DNA of 64,000 bases, from NCBI GenBank assembly GCA_027604505.1, contig JADIIX010000051.1, positions 62,001 through 126,000 on the forward strand, in the 5' to 3' direction. Under the pieces are notes generated by a model, which was not told the DNA's origin, did not search any database, and worked only from the letters and a program-made list of their open reading frames with translations. This stretch comes from Gonapodya sp. JEL0774. Lineage: Eukaryota. A program made the position numbers and the translations under genes. Shown piece after piece: positions 36,216-48,940 of the stretch. Positions within the stretch are counted from its first letter, which is position 1. Each line of letters starts with the position of its first letter.

Positions 36216-36429
36216 CGTTAGATGGGTTCCGCTTCCGGCGAGAGAAAAGATTAGGCGAATGTTGTGGTCTCGATCGAATGTGGAGGTTTCTAAGTAATTT
36301 GTTTGCGACAGTTTATCCCTGTTGGGAACAGGTGCTGGTGATCGGGCGTGGCATGGACTCAGCATTTGGCCATGAGTTTCCACGTCACTTCTTCACCTTT
36401 TCCCCTTGTGCACTTGTCCACTCACCGCC

Positions 36430-37656
36430 ATGACTTCCCGGATCCCCCGCACCGCCGTGTCTGCAGCGTCTTCGCTTGCTCGCAATCGCGTGCACGAGCA
36501 CTCTCGCTCTCTGCCATCAATCGCGTCGAGATCCTTCCGGTGTTCCTCGTCCCGCCTTCTCCCTGCACCCGATTCCCCTTCAAACGAAACCGCAAAGCCT
36601 TCCGCTGCCGCGCTCGTCGCGCAAATACGAAAAGTAACTCAGAACTCAGTGTCCATCGCCCGTGCTCGGGCTGCGCTCGCCGCCACCGGCAACTCTCTTC
36701 ATGACGCGCTGGCATGGCTCGAGGCAGACGAAGCTCGCTCAGGCGCCGCGCGCGCCGCGAAACTGGCAGGAAGGGAGACGGGTCAGGGTTTGATTTGTGT
36801 GTGCGTGCCGGCCACGGGCGGCATGGGGGCGAAACAGGGGGCGGCCATGGTGGAGGTCAATTGCGAGACCGACTTTGTGGCCCGGAATGCCGTGTTTAGG
36901 GAGGCATGTGCACGCGTTGGGGCTACTGTTGCCGTCATGGGGGCTGTGGGAGGGTTGGAGACGGATTCACCGACCCTGACAACAGAGCCATCGGGTGCAG
37001 TGCCGGGCGTCCGGGACTCGCTTCTCCCCACCCTGCCACTGCCATTCCTCCTGTCCCTCCCAACCCTCCCTCTGCCTAATTTCACTCTTTCTGACGACCC
37101 CTCGACTCTCCTCGACGTCCCACCCCCCATATCTTCCCACATCGCCTCGGCAATCTCCAAACTTGGAGAGAACGTTGTGCTCAGACGCGGCGCCGCACTC
37201 GACACCTCATCATCCACTAGATCAGACCCTTCATCGAAATACTCCCTCGAAATCGCAGGTGCCCACGCCCACTCAGACCTGCCCGTCCACTTCTCTGCTT
37301 CCAACAACTCCGACTCCTCTCCGGGGTCCCCAACCCGCCTCCTCCTCGGCCGCGTCGCCTCCCTCGCCCTCCTCCGCGCATCCTCACCCTCCCTCCCCCG
37401 TTCGCTCGCCGCATCGTCCATGACAGGATCCGATCCCATCACCTCGCTCACATCCTTAGCCGACCGTGTCGCGGGCCACGTCGTGGCGACGGGCGCCGAG
37501 GGGATCGCCGTGGCGCCAATACATGTTCTCCAGCAGGAATTTTTGTACGGGGGTGGCACCGTCGGCGAGGTACTCGAGAATGCCGCCAAGGAGGTCCTCG
37601 GTGAAGGTGGGAAGTTGGACCTAGTTGGCGTGTGGAGGTGGGAGGTTGGTGTTTAA
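36430..37656 (+). CDS. TSF1: Mitochondrial translation elongation factor Ts (intronless)
   Basis: R/S-rich presequence, UBA-like LVAQIRKVT...ALAWL, AAKLAGRETGQGLI, VEVNCETDFVARN and KLGENVVLRR. Confidence 0.92.
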   Translation: MTSRIPRTAVSAASSLARNRVHEHSRSLPSIASRSFRCSSSRLLPAPDSPSNETAKPSAAALVAQIRKVTQNSVSIARARAALAATGNSLHDALAWLEADEARSGAARAAKLAGRETGQGLICVCVPATGGMGAKQGAAMVEVNCETDFVARNAVFREACARVGATVAVMGAVGGLETDSPTLTTEPSGAVPGVRDSLLPTLPLPFLLSLPTLPLPNFTLSDDPSTLLDVPPPISSHIASAISKLGENVVLRRGAALDTSSSTRSDPSSKYSLEIAGAHAHSDLPVHFSASNNSDSSPGSPTRLLLGRVASLALLRASSPSLPRSLAASSMTGSDPITSLTSLADRVAGHVVATGAEGIAVAPIHVLQQEFLYGGGTVGEVLENAAKEVLGEGGKLDLVGVWRWEVGV

Positions 37657-38824
37657 AATTGGTCAACTGTTCACTTCTGAACGGCCGCGACAAATTGTGT
37701 ATTTTGTGAGTGGTCATATGGAGGCAACATCTGCCATGGATGCTGGTTCAGCAAACGTTTTCAACAGAAAATCTAGAACACTAGAACAGGACTCAAAAGA
37801 CATGAAGCTCCAAGCATAGGTCGTGTGTGTGCTGTTCCTATCTATTTTTGTGGTTCGTTTGTTGCGAAATTCAGCCGCACAATCCATCCGCAACGACTGT
37901 GAACAACCTTGCTCCCTTCTTCCCACTCCACCATCTCATACTCATCCACCAGTCGCGTTAGGTTATGCCAATCAATAACAAGGTTATGGCGGTCCACAAA
38001 ATGGGTTATGTATTCCGAAAGGAAAGTATTTCCGGGTCAACACGTGATGTTCCGGTCAACCGGAAACCGTGAGAAAACACTCGAATGCAGATCCCTGGTG
38101 AAAGCAGCGGTGGCACGATCAGTTTCACGTCTACTTGAGCACATCCGAGTCATCGCCAGTGTGGAATAGTACTAGGACGAGAGTATGCGGTCACCCGATC
38201 GCTGCTGATAATGCGGCACCTCCAAAGTGCGAGGTCGTCGGCCGGGGCATTGTCACTTGCAGGAACCGTCGCGGACGCTTGACGCTCACCCGATTCAGAA
38301 TTACACAGCTAAGCCTAAAGCAGTCCAGCCAGCAAATACGGTTGAGAAGACTGGTGGTTCACAACAACGCTCCTCACGGCGCGGCCCTGTATGCCAGCTA
38401 CGAGCTCGGCTGAGGTTCCATTAGTTAGCTAATATATCGAGCACATGCGTTAAAAAGCGAAGCAAAGGGAGTACTGAGCATGTGGCATGAGGGCTGCGTC
38501 GGTGTACGGAGCAAGTACGACGATTGATCCGGCCACTGGTGATGCGAGGATTTGAACCCGGGAAAGACCGCTCGACGCGAAACAATCGAAATTTGCTTGT
38601 GAGCATGCTCTGTAACGTTTTCATTTATCAATTGGTTCTTGCGGGCTGTCCATGTCCGTAAGTTACGGAGTCAAACTACTTATTGACAGAAACATTATTG
38701 CTGAAACTCCAATACTAACCATAATGTTGTTTGATATAGGATGGGCTTTGATTGTGAGTTACTCGAAAATGAGGAGAACAATAGGTAACTCCACTTTCTT
38801 GTGCTGTTCCACTTTACATTTAGA

Positions 38825-40224
38825 ATGCTACTCTCCCCAGCCGAAATCGGTCAGCATTACCTCTCCATCACGTAAAATATGCATCTCATTCCTGTTTTAC
38901 CGACTTTCCTGTCTTTCCCTCGACGTTTTCTCAGACTATATCATCAAATCTTGCGACCGCAATCTACGAACAGACGGTCGCACTCGCTTCGACCTTCGCC
39001 CCATTCAAATCGAAACTGGCTTTCTAGCTCAAGCTAATGGGTCTTGTCGCGTACGAATGGATGCCACAGATGTGGTGGTGGGGGTGAAGGCCGAGATTGG
39101 CTCAATCGTGCCAGAAAGGTTCGAAGAGACAGGAGAGGGTGGAGAGGACGATGAGGACGATGGCGATGGCGATGCAAGAGGGGTACAGGTCTCAGCTGGG
39201 GCGGTGGCTGAGGATGTATCGGATGGGGCTACAGACAGAGGTCGTGTTGTCTGCGCTGTGGATTGGTGAGAGATCCGATTCTGTCCACATCAAGACCCCA
39301 GATTCACACGACCAACCGTCACAATGCCGTTTCTCTCGGTCTCTCGTCAGTGCACCAAGCGCCGCACCACATCTGACTCCCCAAGCCCTCCAATCCCTCT
39401 CCACGGAGCTTTCCCAGTCTGTCTCCCGACTGCTAAATGGGCCTGGTGGAGGACTGGACCTTAAAAGCTTGTGTATTATTCCGAGAAGGACGTGCTGGAT
39501 TCTTTACGTGGACGCGATGGTGGGTAAACTGGCAAGCCCGGCGGTGATTTTTTGAATGAGTAGAGGGATGAGACATGGTTGAGCACGGCAAAAAGCCTCA
39601 CTGACGAACAAGTATTCCTGGTGAGGTACACGAGCCGAAAGTGTTGTTGCTTCTAACATTGGAGGGCCCCTCGAATATGAATGTGGGCTATGGTACGCAT
39701 GAAGTCTGGAACCACTAATCTGAATCTCATTTCAATTTTTCCGCCATTCCCTCCTTGCTTCCACACGTCTCAAGATCCTCGACTCCTCTGGTCCCCTTCT
39801 GGACCCTCTCCACTTGGGCGTTCGCGCAGCCCTCCTAACGACTCAAATCCCTCACGTCACCGTCGAACGTGTCGGCGCAGGCCCTCTCGACTTTGACTAC
39901 GATGTAACACCAGACCGAACCGTGCCCATTTCCGGCGCGGCCTCTGTCCCCGTTTCTGTGACATTACATAAAATCGGCGGTAGGCTGGTTGCAGACCCGT
40001 CAGCTGTCGAAGAGCCCTGTGCGAGCGCGAGCGTGACGGTGCACGTGGACGCTGCAGGCAAGGTGTGCGGGGTGAGAAAGGGTGGAAAAGGCGGCTTGGA
40101 GGCCGGGATTGTGAAGGAAGCGGTGCGGGAGGCAAGAAAGGTCGGGGTAGGAGTGCTCAAGGGACTTGATAGAATATTGGAAGAAGAGGGGAAGAGGAGT
40201 AAATTGGGTTTCTTTGCAGCATAG
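38825..40224 (+). CDS. RRP42: Exosome RNase PH-like subunit Rrp42/EXOSC7
   Basis: MLLSPAEI/DYI...RTDGRTRFDLRPI...ANGSCRV...DVVVGVKAEIG, LDLKSLCIIP...WILYVD, DPSAVEE and a C-terminal GFF. Confidence 0.9.
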
Positions 40225-40439
40225 TGACCATTAGATGCAGTATGCAGAAGCGTCAGAGATGGCAGCCACACACTGTAGTATTTGAATTCAAAAGCTGACA
40301 TTGCTGCTCTTCTTGCTTATGACACTCGACACTGATTTGACCTTCCGAGCATGACTAAATCATCCGTGATCATAAGGTAAAATGGCAAACCAGTGGAAGG
40401 TGGGTTTGTTCGGAGTGCTGAGAGTGCGAAGGATGCAAT

Positions 40440-41209
40440 TCAGTTCTTCGAATGGTGTGGTGCCACAAGATTCACGAGCGTTTCCTTGTTCACGAGAGTT
40501 TCCTTGATGTCGAGACACACATTAAGGCACCAATCTGCCCCCTCCCAGTCTGCCACCTCCAGCCCTGGCTGCCATCCCCACCATTTCCCCAAAATACGAA
40601 AAAGCTCTTTCATAGCTTGCTCCTGCCCTCTCAAGTGTTTTTATCCTTCAACCGCTGCTCGAATGGCCATATCACTTCCGGCCGAAACGTCCGCGCCTTT
40701 CTCTATGAGCACTCCACAGTCCTCCTCACTTTACCTCTGGTGGCAGCAGGCACGAGGGCAGAGTTCGCTGCGTCAATCTCCGAGTCGACTTCCACCAACA
40801 GGTGAACAATTACAGATGACCCCTCCACAGCAGCCCTCTTTGCACCTGAGTCCAGATGTCTTTGTTCAATATCACCTAATGCGTATTGGAGAAGGAGTTT
40901 GACAACAGACGTGTGGCCTCCCGGGGTGGCAAAGAGCAAACCTCTGGATGAAAGACCAACTCTACGCGGGACATTCAGGATACATTCAAATACGGCTGCA
41001 TCACCTCGGGATGCCTCACTAGCAAGAGCTTTGGCAGGCGAAGAGAAATAAACCAGGGCTCGCTCACTGACTGACGATGTGAGTAAGAATAGCGCGATCC
41101 ATCGCCGATTGAAGGATGATGAAGGGAGGGCAAGCCGATTTTCAGTTTAAAACACGCCAATGACGAGAATAACTTCGTATGGAAGCTCGAGCAATGGGAA
41201 GTGCGACAT
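40440..41209 (-). pseudogene. F-box + ankyrin-repeat pseudogene
   Basis: MSHFPLLELPYEVILVIGVF then TAA at 41147-41149. The frame continues into ankyrin-like GHTSVVKLLL and GSSVIVHLLV. A frameshift near 40715 precedes LIEKGADV, and there is another internal TAA. Confidence 0.72.
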
Positions 41210-41261
41210 TAGTTGTATGTTGAGTTTGTGCTGTACATAGCAACAACCACCAAAATGAGAT

Positions 41262-42182
41262 TCATGATTTTGCAATTTTGATATGAAATGTACCTTATAA
41301 ACGCGGAAACTTATGTCAGAAATATGAGCAGCATTGTGTCGATCGTCGACGATTAGCACTTACACTGGGGAATTAACGCAACTTCTGCCCCTACGGCGGC
41401 CGAAATACCAAGATTTGCCATGGCTCCTCGCACTAGACCACAAGGAAAGGCGAGAAACTTCCGGGGTGACTCTGTGAGCAAACGAGAGACAGGCGGCATC
41501 AAGACATTAAAACTACTCACAGGATATGCTCGCCTACTCGCATCTCCTGGGCCCCCCTCGGTGGACATTCTCAACAACCATCGAAAACTGTTGTCAGTGA
41601 GGACGTAAACACCCTGTTTCAGCAGACAAGTACATGTGAGAGCTCTGCTACGACTTCGGTCAGAGTGCGATCTGTTGTACAATGACTCACCTTGTGATTT
41701 GTTTTCAGGTTATCAATTTGTTTACGGAATACAGCGGTCCAAAGATCTTTGCAGATGTACTTGACAATATCGAGTGTGTCCCCGAATCGAGGCCGATCCC
41801 GAGTGAGCCTGGAGTCGCAAATGGGTCACATGGAGAAACAAATGAAATGTTGGATAGAGCAGCGTGGTTAACCAGGTCTGTAATGAGACCCGTACATTTG
41901 CAGTACCATCTCTCTGCTTCGAGACATCTTCCCAGCTCACCGTTCAACGAGCGCCTGACCCACTCGGTACCCCATCATCTCCAGTTTCAAGTAAGCAGCC
42001 TCCCTATCCTGTTCATTGTCCATGGAAAACCCTCTCCCTCTACCATCCGCCGTTGAATCGGGGCCTGGGATCTCTCCCGAGATTCGTCCCCCATGGAAAT
42101 GGTCAACAACTTCAATCATGAGGAAATCGAGGCACGCTTCATTGACGTAGCGCTGATCACTGACGGGGGCGGGGTTAGACAT
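41262..42182 (-). CDS. TRS33: TRAPP complex subunit Trs33/TRAPPC6
   Basis: [44 protein letters not shown] and [14 protein letters not shown]. Confidence 0.93.
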
Positions 42183-42296
42183 TTATTTATATTATGAATT
42201 TGTTGAGTGATCAAGGCAGGGATTCAGTCTCCTGTTCATACTCGACATATTTTATAGAACATCTCCAAACATTCACGCAGATGGTCAACTGCCCGA

Positions 42297-42941
42297 ATGG
42301 ACCACTACAAGGTACTCGGCGTTCCTCGTGATACATCACAAGAATCCATCAAGCGGGCTTATATCGCCAAAGCAATCAAGGTGCGTTCGATAGCCTGTCT
42401 TCGAGATGCATTTGGTTGGTCACTTGAATCAACTACCAGCTTCATCCAGACAAGGCTTTTACCAACACCAATCGTGATCCTATCTCCAATGATTCCGCTG
42501 CATTGGACGACGAATTTTTCCGCGTTCAACGAGCTTGGGAGGTCCTTCGTGACCCAGTGGCCAAGACGGTTTACGATGATGAGCTACGCGGTGAGCTGTG
42601 TACGTGTTTTCTTCCAAGTAACCAGCGCTCATCGTATACTTGACCCAGAGAAGGAGGCACGGTCGACACTTGGAGTTGTGAACGAGGAGGTTGACTTGGA
42701 TGCAATGGAATACGACGAAGGTAAGCTTCGATCGGTGAAGAACTGAAATCATCTTATGAGATGTGGGGCTGGGATAATACTGTCATGGCGAGCAGATTCG
42801 TCCATGTTCACGCACCCATGCCGTTGCGGTTCTCACTACTCCATAACCGAGGAGATGCTGGAGCGTGGAGAGGACAGTGTGCAGTGCGGTGGGTGCTCAC
42901 TTCGGATAAAGGTTGCGTACGAACAAGTGGAAGTGGATTAG
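42297..42941 (+). CDS. DPH4: Diphthamide biosynthesis protein 4 (J-domain + CSL zinc finger)
   Basis: DHYKVLGV, spliced HPDK, EEVDLDAMEY and HPCRCG...CGGCSLRIKV. Confidence 0.92.
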
Positions 42942-43043
42942 AGACAAAATTGGTTCGTCGATTTGAAAATTCAATATTGCGATTTTGATTACATGCGGAA
43001 GTAGATGCTACTAAACTGTACAAAAGCTTCGAGACAATAATAT

Positions 43044-43937
43044 CTAAAAGACGGGTGCATCAGGTAGTCTCTCGATGGTGTACTTGTGGTTCGAAATGTA
43101 CATGATGGGGATCCCAGGAATCTTTCGGATCCTTCGTTTTAAATCTCTGTCACACGTCGCAACAATGTAGCACTTGTGCTGCATCACCCTCTCCACAAGG
43201 CAGTCGTCCGCGTAGTTCCCCTTGTGCGAGCATGGCAGTTTTTCGAATCGTGGGTCTCGGGCCGTCATGAGCGCAAGTCGGTACTTGGGACCCAGTTTCT
43301 CCAGTTCAGCGAGGACACATTGGGTGACACACGGTATGCACTTGGCATACAGACAATCCATCATCGCTTTCACAATGTCCAGTTTGTTGGAGATCGAGAA
43401 GTTGATGAAGTTTGTGTCAATGAGAACACTGTAAGGAGGAGTGAGGGCGGAGTTGTAATTAAAGAACATGGAAGACGCAACTTGAGGTCTTCAAGGCGGA
43501 AAAGAGAAAGGTTTGTGAGGGTTGGAGTATGATGTCAGAGGCTGGTATCGAGAAACGAAGCTCAAAAAGTCATGTAACATTGAAGACTCACAAGTGTCGT
43601 ACGGTTTCCTTCTCCTTCTTTTCTTCTTCGGCCTTCTTCTTCTCCTGATTATGCTTTCTAAAGGAGTTAGCGGCGATTCACGTTTGTCGCCTTTAGACAG
43701 GATAAGGAACGTAATGTATCGCCGGCAAACTTGAAAGCTCACAATCGCGCATCTTTTGGGCTTATCATCCTCTTGACCTCTGCAAATTTCCTAGTCTTCT
43801 TCGCCTTGCCCTGAAAGTAGAGAAGGCAGGAGGGCCAGCAGCAACAGCGAGATGTCGGGAGAGGTGGGGAAATATTTGGAGAAATTTCAGTAACGCCACA
43901 TCAGCTTAGAGCATGAGTCCGTTGGGGAGCTCACCAT
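43044..43937 (-). CDS. FCF1: rRNA-processing PIN-domain protein Fcf1/Utp24
   Basis: [52 protein letters not shown] and [16 protein letters not shown]. Confidence 0.97.
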
Positions 43938-44066
43938 CGTTCCGTATTAATGTGCTTCTGGTGAGGTCGAATGGTAAGAGAAACTTTTTGCCGGTTCAGC
44001 CGCCGGCTTACACCGTCTCATTCCCAACCACTTCCACAACCCATCCCAGGACATCCGTTTCGACAA

Positions 44067-45019
44067 ATGGCGGAAACCGAAACATCATCCACCGGGGCCG
44101 GGTCGGCATCTCTGATGGAAACTCTTGCGACTGAGCTCTCGACTAATCCGGTTAATTGGGTGCTTCTCGGGGTGCTTGGTTACATTATATACACTCTGTT
44201 TCGCCCTCAACGCTACGAAGCTCCCCCTCCGGTTCATGCGAAAGTTATTGAGATGCGGGAGTACACGCCTCAAGAGTTATCGAAATTTGATGGCACGGAT
44301 GGAAAGCCTATCATGTTCGCTGTTAGCGGGAAAGTCTTTGATGTCTCACGTGGAAGGTAAGCATGCAAATGTCAAATGTACAGGACAGGATAGTACCTCC
44401 GATCTTGTTGGGCAAAGGGCGATGCCGGTTGGTGTCCTTACATCGAGCTTGAAGAAGTTGACCAGGACATATCAATTGCTTCGCCGTTCGTTTTGAGAAC
44501 CCGCTCTTGTTGTTATGAGCGACCTCGAAATGTCTCAATAATATTTAGTGGTATTCACAGCAAGGTTTCTGCCCGTATTACACAGGAACTTTTACGGTCC
44601 CGGAGGACCATATGGCAACTTTGCCGGGCGAGACGCAAGTCGAGGAATGGCCAAGCAATCTGTGTGTACACTCTAACACCGATTCGTTCTCCTTGACTGA
44701 GAAATGAACCGATATGTTTTGTTCCCCGATCTGTTGCTGCCCCTCCTCAGTTTGAAATGGAGCACATCCGCGGACCTGATGAGCCAATTGATACATTGGA
44801 TGATTTGACAAAGGAGGAGCGGGAGAACATGCTCGAATGGGAATGTAAGGAGTTTTCGCGGTAGACTAATTAGCGCTCGTGTTCTTCAAACTAAAGGTTT
44901 GGCTTAACATCCCAGCCCACTTTTTACACAAGTATGATCACGTGGGCTGGCTTGTGGCTAAATATTCTGACCACGTAAGGGGGCCGGAGAATGTCGCTTC
45001 CGAGAAGAAAACTGAGTAA
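44067..45019 (+). CDS. DAP1: Cytochrome b5-like heme/steroid-binding protein (Dap1/PGRMC family)
   Basis: N-terminal TM, YTPQELSKFDG, VFDVSRGR/NFYGPGGPYGNFAGRDASRGMAK and KYDHVGWL. Confidence 0.93.
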
Positions 45020-45151
45020 TTGCAACTGGCAGGGCTCGGTCAGCAAAAGAAATGGAGTGATCTGGGACTTCGGTCCTGGAACGGCGTTCTCGATCGTCGC
45101 ATTTGACATTTCGTGTTGGCATGAGATTCCGTGTATCGCATAATTTGTATT

Positions 45152-46755
45152 CTAGTTTCTTGCGCCTACATATCTGGCCCTCTTGTTGAGGAAACGCAGC
45201 AGATCGAGTTTGGTGCACACCGCGAGTGTGAATTTCCGGTCTTGGTCTGTTACGAACGCAAATGAGTGGTTGTTAAAGAACTCGCTGAGATCTGACAGGG
45301 GAGTATCCGGAGTGATCAGCCTACAAGAATCGAGGAGATGTTTGGTTAATAGTACAATGACGAGACCACGAAGCTACAAACATCAAATAGCTCACTTATA
45401 TTCTCTCTTGCGTCCTTTTTCTGATCTTCCCTTTCCCTCTCCCCAGTGTATCATGACGGACTTAACCTCGTCGCCCTCACCGCACTTGCCAGTCGCCATC
45501 GCTTCCTCCAGCAGTCCCAGCGTCACGAAACCTTTGGTCCTCCTACCTGTGTCCACGACAGGGATTTGGGAGAAGTCTCGCTCCAGCATAATGGCACATG
45601 CTTGACCAACGGAACATCGGAGTGGAACAGTCAGAGCTTCTGGCAGTTGAAGGTCCTCAACAGATGCACCCAGAGTTACGAGGGAGAGTGAAGCAATAGG
45701 TGGAGGTTGGGTGAAGTTCTCCAGAAGGAAGTCGTCGCTGGTGGTCATACACGATGTGTCGGTTGCTCTTTGATAGATCTTTCGATTCCACAACTCACTT
45801 GAGCAGGGTATCAGAATAAGTGTTAGCCCCGTCCGGTAATATGACAGCAATTCGTTTGCCTTTCCATTGCTCCTGGTTCCGTCCCACTAGCTCTGTGGCG
45901 GCTGCAAGTACCGCACCTGACTGCACACCGCAGAGCAAGCGATCACGCGATATCACACTCCGCGCAGCAGAATAAGCAGTGCCTTGCGAGACTGTCAGAA
46001 TTTCCTCTACGAGGTCTGTCCGCGAACTCTTCAGCACAGCGGGTAGCTTGCTCGCTCTGTTTGTTGCGAGTCTCGCCCCAAACACACGAACTTCTGGAAG
46101 AGCTTCCTTGAGTCGCCTGCCAACGCCAGCAATAGTATTTCCTGTCTCCACAAAGCATACCACAGCGTCCAGTCGGCCCTCTGCCTGTGTCAATACTTCT
46201 TGCCCAGTCTCCTCAAAGTGGATATCCTCCCGTCCAGTCTCATCTGCTATGACAGACCCCACTCCCAGATCTGCCACAAGTCGTTTTGCAACTTGGTAAA
46301 AATGTTCGGGCGATGACGGAGAGGTGTTGGGTGGTGTTCGGACGATGTCAACGGCAGAGGGTCCAAGAGCCCGGAGAAGAAGGACGACTTCTTTCGGGGC
46401 ATCCTCTGGCAGAATCGCAGTAATGTGATGCTGTCGAGTGGAGTAGGCCAGTGAGAGGGCGAGGAGACCAGGGGACGGGACGACCAAAGTCTGGATGGTT
46501 CTCGAGGAAAGAGCTCCGGAGAGAATGAGGAGATCAGATTTAATACACGTGGAGATGCATCGATACATACCTTGCAGGATCCTTCGAGCGACGCGGTGCT
46601 TCCCGGAGTAAGACGGTGTGAGGTACTCACATTTTGCAACTGGCAGCGAAAATTCAGGATTTTTGAGCTCCGGGGAACACATTTTTGATGAGCTCACAAA
46701 TCTCTACGTCATCGTTGATGGAGACGGGTACAAAGGGGGTTGTCGGTGATTGCAT
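45152..46755 (-). CDS. Cystathionine beta-synthase-like protein (PALP fold + CBS domain pair) with degenerate active-site motifs
   Basis: AKCEYLTPSYSGKHR, HFEETGQEVLTQAEG, LLCGVQSGA and IAVILPDGANTY. C-terminal CBS pair includes MLERDFSQIPV and CTKLDLLRFL. Confidence 0.8.
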
Positions 46756-46949
46756 TCGAGAAATTTGTGTTCTGATCACGACGTTCCAACAATGGAAGTT
46801 AATGATTTGCAGCGGTCGCACAGACGAGGATTTTTGCTCAGAACGGATAAATCATCAGTGTCTGCAGTGTGGGGTATTCTGATCACAACGTTGCAGCTAA
46901 CTTGAAAGTTATGTAATATTTAAATATGCACATGATTAAATACGGTGTG

Positions 46950-48497
46950 TCAGGGATTTTCAACAATTACTTCCCTCTCAGTAGTCTTCTCGTCGTCATC
47001 CAGCAAGAGCACTACTTGGACCCCCGGTAATGTGGATGATGAACTCGCGTCACCCTCGGTATACGGTGGAGACAGCAGCACAATGTCATTAGAATACGAA
47101 GGCAATGGGAGTGCATCCAAAGCTCTGGCGAAGGGAGGCCGATCTGAGTGTCGCAGAACCCGGGGGGTTGCTGAAGGTTGCCGAACTTGCATTTGCTGTC
47201 TTTGCAACCCAACAACTTCTGTCCAGTTCATGAACCGCAAAAATGGAGGTATTGTGGCATGGTCCGGTATCCCAGAAATCACTGTTGCTTCTGTTGGTTG
47301 AAGGGCGGGTGGAGGCAAAGCGGGGTTAGTGGCTTCCACCGTTTGCTCGGGAGATCCGGAGACTGATGTGGAGCCGAATGAAGTCTGCAGCTCTGCAGAT
47401 GACGATTGTGGTCTCATGACAGGTACGAATACGGAAGGCGGGAGGTCGGAAACTTCGGGGTAAGATGGGGGACTCAGTTCGTGGAGCATGGACTGTCGTA
47501 GACCAGTCAAAAGTGTGACTCGCACAACCTACACCGGCCATTAGATGACGAAGATATGATTTTCTAGCCTAATCGATGAATACTCACCATAAAAGGTGGT
47601 GTGCGCATCGCCCCTTTCATCACCTGCCACGGGCCTGCAGACCGGTGCTCTTTGAAGTACATAGACCACTCAATCCCGACGCCGCGATCTATATGATTGA
47701 ATATGGCTAACAGGGGTCTCACACTAGATTGAAACTGCCATTAATTGCAAATTGCAGGCAAAGATGGAAGCAGTGCAGTTGGTGTGAGGTGGTTGCGATT
47801 GCAGTACAACTCCACGCTTGCACTTATAAAAACGGATTTGGCACTCACTCGGGCATTGGAGATCCAGGTTATCACGAACCACACAACTGATACACTTAGT
47901 AGGGTGCCACAGGCGATGAAGTTAACAAATGATTCAAGCGATCGAAGAAACAGAGCAAACGCCAGAGCCATAAGAGGAATCGCTCCGAGGAAGAGTACAG
48001 CTGTCACGAAATATTTGTATCAGGACTTGGGACATGGAAACAGACACTCTGTGCTGTCTCTTACGATGCCAAGTTTCAAAATGTCGGAACGGAGGTGCGA
48101 CTTTGTTCAGAGCCGATATCCTGCTCCTGTAAGGACCAATATCCATCTGGAGTAATAAAAACTGAGTCTTGGTGTCAGTTTTATCTGAATTGTGTGGGAA
48201 CAGACCCACCCGAGAATGTAACACTCCGGGAACACGTGCATGCGAGAATGCCACTCTGCAGTTCATGATTCCTTCTGCAGCTATCACCCGAAAGGGAATA
48301 TCGAAGGTAGTGATATCTCCGAATTGGGATGTTCTGGCCAAACCAAGTTCGTCCAGTCGTTGATGGTCATGTGGATGGACAAGGGAATCCGATCCATCGA
48401 TGGGAGATGTGAGATGCGAGGCGAAACGTGGATGTCGCCGGTCCACGTCCAATGGGGGACATTCCGTGTCCATCACCGGATCCGTGTTTTCACTCAT
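46950..48497 (-). CDS. Hypothetical membrane protein with several TM helices and a P/S-rich tail
   Basis: Chain of same-strand ORFs with GT-AG junctions and hydrophobic segments (VLFLGAIPLMALAFALFL, FIACGTLLSVSVVWFVITW). No family recognised. Confidence 0.5.
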
Positions 48498-48940
48498 GTA
48501 TGAGTGAAAACCTCTTCACACCGAATCTGAAGATGTCCTTCACACCGTCTTTCCTATCCAAACGCTCATGCACAATCTTTATTTTGTCTCTTCGCGTGAG
48601 TGGAGGATGAGCCTTTGACCACTCCTTCGGTTAGGTGGTCCCTTTTCGAACAGGGACTGTCGTCTTCACATTCATGACACCCTCCATCAATTATATAATA
48701 TTAGTGGTTTACATAAAGAGTTTTGGAATTAGCCACCTCATTTTTGGGTGCATTTTCCCACATAATGGGAATGGCGGAGGTAATGGTACTGCCCTATTTC
48801 ATGACTTATGCACAGGCATAGTCAGATCCTGTTATTATTCATCCATGTAACTGAACTTCTGGGGCTGGTGTACTAGTCGCTCATACATTTCCGGCGCCAT
48901 GACGCAACGGCTACACCACCACAAACCACATATCTAATAA

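Noticed and set aside
38150..38620. Minus-strand segment with a branch-point/acceptor and the peptide FAGWTALGLAV, faintly like a small complex I subunit
   Set aside because: Multiple stops follow at once and no coherent gene model can be built.
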